Assembly (NCBI RefSeq): GCF_024521635.1
Contig: NW_026250405.1
Span: forward strand, 1,116,001-1,180,000
Direction: 5' to 3'
Origin: Tricharina praecox
Taxonomy: Eukaryota
Length of the DNA stretch: 64,000 nucleotides
Every line of letters starts with the position of its first letter. The stretch's first letter is position 1. Both the position numbers and the translations under genes were made by a program. Positions 22,068-33,441 of the stretch are shown one piece after another. The notes under the pieces are model-generated. The model saw only the letters and a program-made list of their open reading frames with translations. It had not been told where the DNA came from and did not search any database.

Positions 22068-25000
22068 TCATTGCTGCGCTATCCCTGCTCCCTGCACACA
22101 GCCCGAAATCCTCTGCGACTCATCCTTGCACTGCCGGTGCACTGCCTCTGCACTGCCCCCCAACTCTCCCGATCCTTGTGCCGACCCTCCCTTCGTCATT
22201 CCATCGCGAGCCGTGACAGTAGTCCCTCCTAAGGCTCGAGTTCCCACGAGAGCAAGTTCGACTGGTCCAGGCTGCATGGGGTATCGTCGATGGAAGTCGT
22301 CCACAGCTTGTACCTCGGTAAGGTTCTCCTCTGGTTCCCATGTTGGTGCCGCGTAGCCTCTCCATTTCACCAGGTACTGGAGTTTGCCCCTGAGGTTCCG
22401 GCTGTCGAGGACCTCTTCAACCTCCCATTCTTCTTGGTCGTCCACGATTACCGGAAGTGGTGGCGGTGGAATTTGTCCAGGGAAGGGATCGTCAGCGGAG
22501 GCATGAAGGAGGGATACAGGAAATGTTCGGTGCTTCTGAACGGTGTCCGGGATGTCCAATTCGTAGGCGTGGGTTCCGATTATCCGAATCACACGGTAGG
22601 GACCATGGTGTTTGTTTTCCAGCTTGCGACTGGGTCTCTCGGTGCGCCAGTTCCGACCATCCACCCATACCATGTCGCCTGGTTGGAAGGCTGGCGCAGG
22701 GGTTCGGTGTCGGTCGGAGTCGTCCTGTTGCCGTGCCTGGGCATACCGCATTTGGCTGCGGGCGACGTCGTGGATTTGATGCAACCGTTCCGCTGCACTC
22801 TGAGCTTGATGTTCCTCCTTGGTGTCGACACGGATATCCAGCTCAAAGTCACACCGTGGGTGGTATCCTAGGTTAGCGAAGAATGGGGACAGGGTAGTCG
22901 TGTCGGAGACCTGGTTGTTGCCGGCGAATTCGGCCAAGAAGAGGTAGTCGACCCAGTCATCCTGGAGGTAGCTGACGTACGCACGGAGGTGCTGTTCCAT
23001 GACGGCGTTCATCCGTTCGGTTTGGCCGTCGGTCTGGGGGTGGAAGGCAGTTGACAGGCGTGGCTCGATCTTGAGGCATGAGCATAGGTGTTTCCAGAAT
23101 CTCGAGGCAAACTGGGGACCCCTATCCGAGACGATGGTTTCTGGCAACCCGTGGTACCTGAAGATCCGGTCGCAGAACAGCTCGGCCAGTCCTTCCGAGG
23201 TGATGGTCGTGGTACATGGTAGGAGATGGCGTTGCTTGGTCAGTCGGTCAACAAAAACACAGATGGCGTCAAACCCCTTTGAGGCCGGTAAGCCAGTGAC
23301 AAAGTCGACTGAGATGTGTTGCCATGGCTTCTCGGGTACTGGGAGGGGGCGCAGGACACCATAGGGTGCGTGCCGGGTGGCCTTGGTTCGTCGGCAGGTG
23401 TGGCAGTTTCGGACAAACTGGTCAACGTCCTTTCGCATCTGTGGCCAGTAGTACCTTCGAGCAAGTAGTTCCAGGGTTTTTGCGCGCCCTGGGTGCCCCA
23501 TGGTCGGTGGGTCGTGGTGGTCCTGGATCAGTCGTAGTCGGAGTCGGTCGTACTCTGGAACATAGAGGCAGTCTCGGTAGATCAGTCGCCCGTTGACTTC
23601 ACGGCATTCGGCCAAAGAGATCTCCTTCGAGTGGCGTGTACCATTTCGGAGTAGCTCGAGGATTCGATTTGGGACGGGGTCTATGTCGTAGCCTTCTGTT
23701 ATCAGTGACGTGAGGAGGGGACGGTCTTGTTCGGGTGTGTTGGTTGCTGCCAACCGGAGCTCTTCCGGTAGGTTATCCGGTTTCAGGACTGCCTGCTGGT
23801 TGGCAAGCAGTCTTTCATCCCCTTCTTTAGGGAGGTCTCCTGACCTCCTGGTCAGTGCATCCGGTTTTCCTCCCGCTTTGCCTGGTCGGTAGACAATCTT
23901 GAAATGGAAACGGGAAAGGAACTCTGACCATCGCGCTTGTCGTCGGTTGAGTAGTTTCGTTGTCATGAAATACTCCAGATTCTTGTGGTCGCTTAGGACT
24001 TGGATGGGGTGAGGAGCGCCCTCCAGGTGTGGTCTCCACTCCTCAAAGGCGCGGATGATTGCAAGGAGTTCTTTGTCATAGATCTCGTAGTTGCATTCTG
24101 CCGGGGAGTGTTTCTTGGAATAGAATGCCACTGGGTGCAGGATTCCCTCGTCGTCGTACTGAGATAGGACTCCGGCAGAGACGTAGTCGGAGGCGTCAGT
24201 TTCCACTACTATCTCCCGATCGTAGTCGAAGTGCCGGAGGATCGGGGCCGAAGTGAATGCTGTTTTTAGTTCGTCGAATGCTTTCTGCTGTTCCGGTCCC
24301 CACACGAAGGGAACATACTTTCCATCCTCCTTCTTGGTCAATGCTGTCAATGGGGATACCACCTTGGAATAGTCTTGGATGAATCGCCGGTAGAAGTTCG
24401 CAAATCCCAGAAAGCATTGCACATCGGTGACGGTACTCGGCTCCTCCCATTCCAGTATGCAGGAGACTTTCGATGGGTCCATCTTGATCCCGTTTGTTGT
24501 AATGATCAGTCCCAAATACTTGACTTCCGTCTGGTGGAAATGACATTTTTCGGGTTTGAGATGCAGACCGGCTGCTGATAAGGCCTGAAGTACTTTCCTG
24601 ACATGTTTCCGGTGTTCATCTAAGGATCCGCTGTAAATGAAGACGTCGTCGATGAATGCGGTACAGAAGTCGTCGAGGAACGGGCGTAGCACATCATTGA
24701 TCAGAGCTTGGAAGTCGGCAGGGGCGTTGGTGAGGCCGAAGGGCATGACGAGGGATTCGAAGAGCCCATAGCGTGTCCGGAAGGCAGTTTTCCACTCTTC
24801 TCCTTCCGCCATCCGCACAAGGTTGTAGGCACCACGGATATCCAGGGTAGTGAAGTATTTTGCCCCGGATAGCCGCATCAGAGTTTCTTGGAGGAGTGGG
24901 AGTGGGTACCTGTTCTTGATTGTTCCTTCGTTCAGGCCCCTGTAATCCACACACAGGCGTAGGGAGCCGTCCGATTTCTTGACAAACAGGATTGGCGATG

Positions 25001-26070
25001 CTGCTGGAGAGGAAGAGGCACGGATGAAACCTTTGCGGAGGTTGTCGTCAAGCCATTCCTTCAGTGCGACAAGCTCCGTTTTCGAAAGTGAGTACAGGGG
25101 TCCGTATGGGGGCGTAAATCCCTCCTTGAGTGGAATCTTATGGTCGTAGTGTCGGTGCGGGGGCAGGTTCTGGGCAAGGGCTTCAGAGAATAGCGGTAGG
25201 AACTCGTGGTATTCGTGAGGGATATGTGCCGTGGGGTCCTTGTTTCCTTCCAGTGCGCCGTTGACCTCGGCAAGCGTGGTGTTGAAAATCGTGAGGCTTT
25301 CCTTGTTGACCAGTTCTTGGAATGACTCCATCTGTAAGGCTGAGATTCTGACTGTGCTTTCCCTTGAAAGGTTAGTGCATTCTTGGTGATTCTTCCTTGG
25401 GGGAGACGTAATGTAGCGGGCCACGATGTCGCCGGCCCCCGCGCTTACCGCTGGCTCTTGCTGAGCTGCTTTTGACGCGAGAGCATAGGTGGATACGTCA
25501 GGTGGGTCGGTGGTGATTCCATGTGCAACTGTGGGCACCGCATTGCAGTTGGCTGTGCAGTATTGGGAGCCGAAGGTGAGGGTTCGGGAGCTGAACCGGA
25601 TGGCCACATCGTGGAGGTCCATCCAGGGGATTCCGAGTACAACGGGGGTAGTGGCCTAGTTTGGTGACAAACATAGGGATTTCCTCGTGGTGTTCCTGTA
25701 TGGACAGGGTGGTGGTGGCAACATGTGTGATGTCGCCTGACTCGATGGGACGGCCATCGATGACTTCGAGACTTCGCGGGGATTTCAGGGGTACGAGGGG
25801 TAGGTGGTGATGGCGGGCGAAGTCTTTGTCTACAAATGCAATTCCGGTTGCCCCACAGTCGATCAGCGCATGCGTGGCAATAGTTTTGTCACCAAACGAA
25901 AGGTTACACAATACAACAAGATGTTTTCCTTCCATTGATGATTCTTCCACAACCATTCCTGACACTGAAAGACTAGACAAACGAAAAATAGGGGACATAG
26001 GAGACAAAGACTTATCCTGGGTACGACCAACAACAGTGCCATCAAGCGGTTGTTGGTCTAGGCTTTTCCC
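22068..26070 (-). CDS. pol: Pol of E2 (PR-RT-RH-IN-chromodomain); single +1 indel in a G run near 25645
   Basis: ORFs 25498-26094 and 22068-25622; FIDD, HHCC finger, GPY module, [29 protein letters not shown]; the frame continues 150 nt into the 3' LTR. Confidence 0.9.
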
Positions 26071-27254
26071 GACTGCTGGGAGGTCTCGCCGCAATCCTGG
26101 TTGCAGTTGTGATAGGTGTGAGTCGGGGTGGTGTTGGTGGGCTGGGCTGACTCCAGCCGGGCAACGGCTGCTCGGAACGGATTTCGGTTCTTGTTGGGGC
26201 AGTGCCTGGCCATGTGGCCACTTCCCCCACAGTACAGGCAGCGGCCTTCGCGGAGCCGGGCAGCACGCTCTTGGTCTGGGATCCTGCGGCTGTTGGCACT
26301 CAAGTCCATGGCTCCGGGGGCCGTTCCTGTGGCAGTGGTCGTCGCGGGCATGGTGTTGTGGGTGGTGTGCCTGAGCGGCGCCGTTGGGTGTGGGGCGCTA
26401 CTCTGCCGAGGGGGGTTGGTGGTGCGACGTCCCTCACGAAGTTGGAGGGCACGCAGCTCGGAGTCAAGGCGTTGACAGAGGGCCACAAACTCATCGTAGT
26501 TGAGGCCCTGAGTACGGCCCACAAGTTGCCGGTGGAGTTCGATGGATACTCCCTCTCGCAGCGCGTCAAGTTTCGCATGCTCGTCCCAATTGAGCTTGGA
26601 GACAAGCATCTGGAATTCCGCAAAGTAGGAGGTGAACTCCTTATTGCCTTGTTTCAGGTGGTGTAGCTTGGCTCGAGCGGTGGCCGCTGGGTCAGGGTCA
26701 CCAAATGCGTTGTTCAGGAGTGTGATGATCGCATCAGCGTCGGTGAGGGTGATGTTGTGATTCTCGATGTACGGCAGGATCTGGGCTTGGGCGCGGCCTT
26801 CCAAGCGGTTGAAGGCATAGGCCATTCGGAGTGCTGGAGTTGGGAAACGGGCTGGGTCGCTGTACAGCTTGAGTCGAAGTTGCGCAACGAACCCTTCCAG
26901 TTTCTCGCGTGTTCCGTCGAACATGGCTGGCTCTGGGACACGCTCAGCGCGGCTTTGAGGTTGGGTTTCGACGGTTGCGAGGCGGTTGGCGATGCGGCGG
27001 GCGTCGGCAAGTTGTTCTTCGAGGTCGTCGAATCGCCAGGTCGGTACGGCTATTGGGGACTGGGTGATTGCGCGGGCGAGGATTCTGAATTCATTGTACA
27101 ACCCCATCAGGGTTGCATCATCGGCGGGTACATCATGATTGACGATGATTTCGAGTTGTTCGTAGATGGCGGCGGGAATTTCTCGGTAGAAGGGGGGTGC
27201 CACTGGTACTTCGTCCTGCTGGGGGACGTCGGGTACCTGAGTGTTGGTGGCCAT
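26058..27254 (-). CDS. gag: Gag of E2 (398 aa)
   Basis: Intact ORF with CCHC knuckle, ending SGKA*. Confidence 0.94.
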   Translation of the reverse strand: MATNTQVPDVPQQDEVPVAPPFYREIPAAIYEQLEIIVNHDVPADDATLMGLYNEFRILARAITQSPIAVPTWRFDDLEEQLADARRIANRLATVETQPQSRAERVPEPAMFDGTREKLEGFVAQLRLKLYSDPARFPTPALRMAYAFNRLEGRAQAQILPYIENHNITLTDADAIITLLNNAFGDPDPAATARAKLHHLKQGNKEFTSYFAEFQMLVSKLNWDEHAKLDALREGVSIELHRQLVGRTQGLNYDEFVALCQRLDSELRALQLREGRRTTNPPRQSSAPHPTAPLRHTTHNTMPATTTATGTAPGAMDLSANSRRIPDQERAARLREGRCLYCGGSGHMARHCPNKNRNPFRAAVARLESAQPTNTTPTHTYHNCNQDCGETSQQSGKA

Positions 27255-27293
27255 GGTAGTTCGCTAGGTGGAGAGATAGGGGACGCAACAAAG

Positions 27294-30200
27294 TGTAACG
27301 GCACGGTCGGGCAAGGCTCCAGGTAGCGAAGTCGGGCTGGGGAACGGGTTCTGGGTTCGGTAGAGGCGAGACGGGTTCGGGGAACAAGGTGAGGCAGGGC
27401 TCAGTGCAGACGGCAACTGAGAACAGAGGCAGGGACAAGGACTACGGCGCAGACGGCAGCCGAGGCAAGGACAGAGGTAACAGTGGTTGAATTAACAAGT
27501 TGTTGCGTGAAGAACTAAATACAGAGGGGCAACGGCCCGTTTATATAGAAAATCCTCCACTTCTTCCCGCAACCTGACAATGACCGTGGGCGTGTGCCAG
27601 ACCCTGAGAAATCCACCTTGCCAGTACCCCACTTCCGTGACTCATACCCTGCGCAGCCGCACTACCCCTGTTTCCTGCACACAGCCCCAATCTCCTGCGA
27701 CTCATTGCTGCGCTATCCCTGCTCCCTGCACACAGCCCCAAATCCTCTGCGACTCATCCTTGCACTGCCGGTGCACTGCCTCTGCACTGCCCCCCAACTC
27801 TCCCGATCCTTGTGCCGACCCTCCCTTCGTCATTCCATCGCGAGCCGTGACAGTAGTCCCTCCTAAGGCTCGAGTTCCCACGAGAGCAAGTTCGACTGGT
27901 CCAGGCTGCATGGGGTATCGTCGATGGAAGTCGTCCACAGCTTGTACCTCGGTAAGGTTCTCCTCTGGTTCCCATGTTGGTGCCGCGTAGCCTCTCCATT
28001 TCACCAGGTACTGGAGTTTGCCCCTGAGGTTCCGGCTGTCGAGGACCTCTTCAACCTCCCATTCTTCTTGGTCGTCCACGATTACCGGAAGTGGTGGCGG
28101 TGGAATTTGTCCAGGGAAGGGATCGTCAGCGGAGGCATGAAGGAGGGATACAGGAAATGTTCGGTGCTTCTGAACGGTGTCCGGGATGTCCAATTCGTAG
28201 GCGTGGGTTCCGATTGTCCGAATCACACGGTAGGGACCATGGTGTTTGTTTTCCAGCTTGCGACTGGGTCTCTCGGTGCGCCAGTTCCGACCATCCACCC
28301 ATACCATGTCGCCTGGTTGGAAGGCTGGCGCAGGGGTTCGGTGTCGGTCGGAGTCGTCCTGTTGCCGTGCCTGGGCATACCGCATTTGGCTGCGGGCGAC
28401 GTCGTGGATTTGATGCAACCGTTCCGCTGCACTCTGAGCTTGATGTTCCTCCTTGGTGTCGACACGGATATCCAGCTCAAAGTCACACCGTGGGTGGTAT
28501 CCTAGGTTAGCGAAGAATGGGGACAGGGTAGTCGTGTCGGAGACCTGGTTGTTGCCAGCGAATTCGGCCAAGAAGAGGTAGTCGACCCAGTCATCCTGGA
28601 GGTAGCTGACGTACGCGCGGAGGTGCTGTTCCATGACGGCGTTCATCCGTTCGGTTTGGCCGTCGGTCTGGGGGTGGAAGGCAGTTGACAGGCGTGGCTC
28701 GATCTTGAGGCATGAGCATAGGTGTTTCCAGAATCTCGAGGCAAACTGGGGACCCCTATCCGAGACGATGGTTTCTGGCAACCCGTGGTACCTGAAGATC
28801 CGGTCGCAGAACAGCTCGGCCAGTCCTTCCGAGGTGATGGTCGTGGTACATGGTAGGAGATGGCGTTGCTTGGTCAGTCGGTCAACAAAAACACAGATGG
28901 CGTCAAACCCCTTTGAGGCCGGTAAGCCAGTGACAAAGTCGACTGAGATGTGTTGCCATGGCTTCTCGGGTACTGGGAGGGGGCGCAGGACACCATAGGG
29001 TGCGTGCCGGGTGGCCTTGGTTCGTCGGCAGGTGTGGCAGTTTCGGACAAACTGGTCAACGTCCTTTCGCATCTGTGGCCAGTAGTACCTTCGAGCAAGT
29101 AGTTCCAGGGTTTTTGCGCGCCCTGGGTGCCCCATGGTCGGTGGGCCGTGGTGGTCCTGGATCAGTCGTAGTCGGAGTCGGTCGTACTCTGGAACATAGA
29201 GGCAGTCTCGGTAGATCAGTCGCCCGTTGACTTCGCGGCATTCGGCCAAGGAGATCTCCTTCGAGTGGCGTGTACCATTTCGGAGTAGCTCGAGGATTCG
29301 ATTTGGGACGGGGTCTATGTCGTAGCCTTCTGTTATCAGTGACGTGAGGAGGGGACGGTCTTGTTCGGGTGTGTTGGTTGCTGCCAACCGGAGCTCTTCC
29401 GGTAGGTTGTCCGGTTTCAGGACTGCCTGCTGGTTGGCAAGCAGTCTTTCATCCCCTTCTTTAGGGAGGTCTCCTGACCTCCTGGTCAGTGCATCCGGTT
29501 TTCCTCCCGCTTTGCCTGGTCGGTAGACAATCTTGAAATGGAAACGGGAAAGGAACTCTGACCATCGCGCTTGTCGTCGGTTGAGTAGTTTCGTTGTCAT
29601 GAAATACTCCAGATTCTTGTGGTCGCTTAGGACTTGGATGGGGTGAGGAGCGCCCTCCAGATGTGGTCTCCACTCCTCAAAGGCGCGGATGATTGCAAGG
29701 AGTTCTTTGTCATAGATCTCGTAGTTGCATTCTGCCGGGGAGTGTTTCTTGGAATAGAATGCCACTGGGTGCAGGATTCCCTCGTCGTCGTACTGAGATA
29801 GGACTCCGGCAGAGACGTAGTCGGAGGCGTCAGTTTCCACTACTATCTGCCGATCGTAGTCGAAGTGCCGGAGGATCGGGGCCGAGGTGAATGCTGTTTT
29901 TAGTTCGTCGAATGCTTTCTGCTGTTCCGGTCCCCACACGAAGGGAACATACTTTCCATCCTCCTTCTTGGTCAATGCTGTCAATGGGGATACCACCTTG
30001 GAATAGTCTTGGATGAATCGCCGGTAGAAGTTCGCAAATCCCAGAAAGCATTGCACATCGGTGACGGTACTCGGCTCCTCCCATTCCAGTATGCAGGAGA
30101 CTTTCGCTGGGTCCATCTTGATCCCGTTTGTTGTAATGATCAGTCCCAAATACTTGACTTCTGTCTGGTGGAAATGACATTTTTCGGGTTTGAGATGTAG

Positions 30201-33200
30201 ACCGGCTGCTGATAAGGCCTGAAGTACTTTCCTGACATGTTTCCGGTGTTCATCTAAGGATCCGCTGTAAATGAAGACGTCATCGATGAATGCGGTACAG
30301 AAGTCGTCGAGGAACGGGCGTAGCACATCGTTGATCAGAGCTTGGAAGTCGGCAGGGGCGTTGGTGAGGCCGAAGGGCATGACGAGGGATTCGAAGAGCC
30401 CAGTAGCGTGTCCGGAAGGCAGTTTTCCACTCTTCTCCTTCCGCCATCCGCACAAGGTTGTAGGCACCGCGGATATCCAGGGTGGTGAAGTATTTTGCCC
30501 CGGATAGCCGCATCAGAGTTTCTTGGAGGAGTGGGAGTGGGTACCTGTTCTTGATTGTTCCTTCGTTCAGGCCCCTGTAATCCACACACAGGCGTAGGGA
30601 GCCGTCCGATTTCTTGACAAACAGGATTGGCGATGCTGCTGGAGAGGAAGAGGCACGGATGAAACCTTTGCTGAGGTTGTCGTCAAGCCATTCCTTCAGT
30701 GCGACAAGCTCCGTTTTCGAAAGTGAGTACAGTGGTCCGTATGGGGGCGTAAATCCCTCCTTGAGTGGAATCTTATGGTCGTAGTGTCGGTGCGGGGGCA
30801 AGTTCTGGGCAAGGGCTTCAGAGAACAGCGGTAGGAACTCGTGGTATTCGTGAGGGATATGTGCCGTGGGGTCCTTGTTTCCTTCCAGTGCGCCGTTGAC
30901 CTCGGCAAGCGTGGTGTTGAAAATCGTGAGGCTTTCCTTGTTGACCAGTTCTTGGAATGACTCCATCTGTAAGGCTGAGATTCTGACTGTGCTTTCCCTT
31001 GAAAGGTTAGTGCATTCTTGGTGATTCTTCCTTGGGGGAGACGTAATGTAGCGGGCCACGATGTCGCCGGCCCCCGCGCTTACCGCTGGCTCTTGCTGAG
31101 CTGCTTTTGACGCGAGAGCATAGGTAGATACGTCAGGTGGGTCGGTGGTGATTCCATGTGCAACTGTGGGCACCGCATTGCAGTTGGCTGTGCAGTATTG
31201 GGAGCCAAAGGTGAGGGTTCGGGAGCTGAACCGGATGGCCACATCGTGGAGGTCCATCCAGGGGATTCCGAGTACAACCGGGGTAGTGGCCTAGTTTGGT
31301 GACAAACATAGGGATTTCTCGTGGTGTTCCTGTATGGACAGGGTGGTGGTGGCAACATGTGTGATGTCGCCTGACTCGATGGGACGGCCATCGATGACTT
31401 CGAGACTTCGCGGGGATTTCAGGGGTACGAGGGGTAGGTGGTGATGGCGGGCGAAGTCTTTGTCTACAAATGCAATTCCGGTTGCCCCACAGTCGATCAG
31501 CGCATGCGTGGCAATAGTTTTGTCACCAAACGAAAGGTTACACAATACAACAAGATGTTTTCCTTCCATTGATGATTCTTCCACAACCATTCCTGACACT
31601 GAGAGACTAGACAAACGAAAAATAGGGGACATAGGAGACAAAGACTTATCCTGGGTACGACCAACAACAGTGCCATCAAGCGGTTGTTGGTCTAGGCTTT
31701 TCCCGACTGCTGGGAGGTCTCGCCGCAATCCTGGTTGCAGTTGTGATAGGTGTGAGCCGGGGTGGTGTTGGTCGGCTGGGCTGACTCCAGCCGGGCAACG
31801 GCTGCTCGGAACGGATTTCGGTTCTTGTTGGGGCAGTGCCTGGCCATGTGGCCACTTCCCCCACAGTACAGACAGCGGCCTTCGCGGAGCCGGGCAGGCA
31901 CGCTCTTGGTCTGAGATCCTGCGGCTGTTGGCACTCAAGTCCATGGCTCCGGGGGCCGTTCCTGTGGCAGTGGTCGTCGCGGGCATGGTGTTCTGGGTGG
32001 TGTGCCTGAGCGGCGCCGTGGGTGTGGGGCGCTACTCTGCCGAGGGGGGTTGGATGGTACGGCGTCCCTCACGAAGTTGGAGGGCACGCAGCTCGGAGTC
32101 GAGGCGTTGACAGAGGGCCACAAACTCATCGTAGTTGAGACCCTGAGTACGGCCCACAAGTTGCCGGTGGAGTTCGATGGATACTCCTTCTCGCAGTGCG
32201 TCAAGTTTCGCATGCTCGTCCCAATTGAGCTTGGAGACAAGCATCTGGAATTCCGCAAAGTAGGAGGTGAACTCCTTATTGCCTTGTTTCAGGTGGTGCA
32301 GCTTGGCTCGAGCGGTGGCCGCTGGGTCAGGGGTCACCAAACTGCGTTGTTCAGGAGTGTGATGATCGCATCAGCAGTCAGGTGAGGGTGATGTTGTGAT
32401 TCTCGATGTATGGCAGGATCTGGGCTTGGGCGCGGCCTTCCAAGCGGTTGAAGGCATAGGCCATTCGGAGTGCTGGAGTTGGGAAACGGGCTGGGTCGCT
32501 GTATAGCTTGAGTCGAAGTTGCGCAACGAACCCTTCGAGTTTGTCGCGTGTTCCGTCGAACATGGCGGGCTCTGGGACACGCTCAGCGCGGCTTTGAGGG
32601 TGGGCTTCGACGGTGGCGAGGCGGTTGGCGATCCGGCGGGCATCGGCAAGTTGTTCTTCGAGGTCGTCGAATCGCCAGGTTGGTATCGCTGTCGGGGACA
32701 GGGTGATTGCGCGGGCAAGGATTCTGAATTCGTTGTACAACCCCATCAGGGTTGCATCGTCGGCGGGTGCATCGTGATTGACGATGATTTCGAGTTGTTC
32801 GTAGATGGCGGCGGGAATTTCTCGGTAGAAGGGGGGAGCCACCGGTACTTCGTCCTGCTGGGGGACGTCGGGTACCTGAGTGTTGGTGGCCATGGTAGTT
32901 CGCTAGGTGGAGAGATGGGGGACGCAACAAAGTGTAACGGCACGGTCGGGCAAGGCTCCAGGTAGCGAAGTCGGGCTGGGGATCGGGTTCTGGGTTCGGT
33001 AGGGGCAAGACGGGTACAGGAGACAAGGTGAGGCAGGGCTCAGTGCAGACGGCAACTGAGAACAGAGGCAGGGACAAGGACTACGGCGCAGACGGCAGCC
33101 GAGGCAAGGACAGAGGTAACAGTGATTGAATTAACAAGTTGTTGCGTGAAGAACTAAATACAGAGGGGCAACGGCCCGTTTATATAGAAAATCCTCCACT

Positions 33201-33441
33201 TCTTCCCGCAACCTGACAATGACCGTGGGCGTGTGCCAGACCCTGAGAAATCCACCTTGCCAGTGCCCCACTTCCGTGACTCATACCCTGCGCAGCCGCA
33301 CTACCCCTGCTTACTGCACACAGCCCCAATTCCTCCGGCTCATTCCTGCATTGCCGCCCGCGCAGCCCCTTGCACTGCCCCCCGCTGCCTTCCCACCCCT
33401 GTTCCGACTCTTCCTCGAACGTCCCGTCGCGAGCCGTGACA
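27294..33441 (-). mobile_element. E3: family-A2 element, array unit 2; LTRs 27294-27852 and 32933-33441 both shared with neighbours
   Basis: PPT directly follows LTR end 27852; pol 27702 to about 31704 and gag 31692-32893 with several single-base frameshifts. Confidence 0.95.

Larger units (their letters stand above)
21660..27852 (-). mobile_element. E2: full-length family-A2 chromovirus, unit 1 of the tandem array
   Basis: LTRs 21660-22218 and 27294-27852 differ at one position by eye; PPT AGGAGGGACTAC; gag, pol, chromodomain. Confidence 0.97.

Noticed and set aside
22290..23596. Recurrent antisense ORFs (also at 27924, 39725, 26757, 44193) as extra genes
   Set aside because: They are shadows of GC-rich gag/pol frames and recur only because the elements are near-identical copies. 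No env-like or extra ORF was seen.
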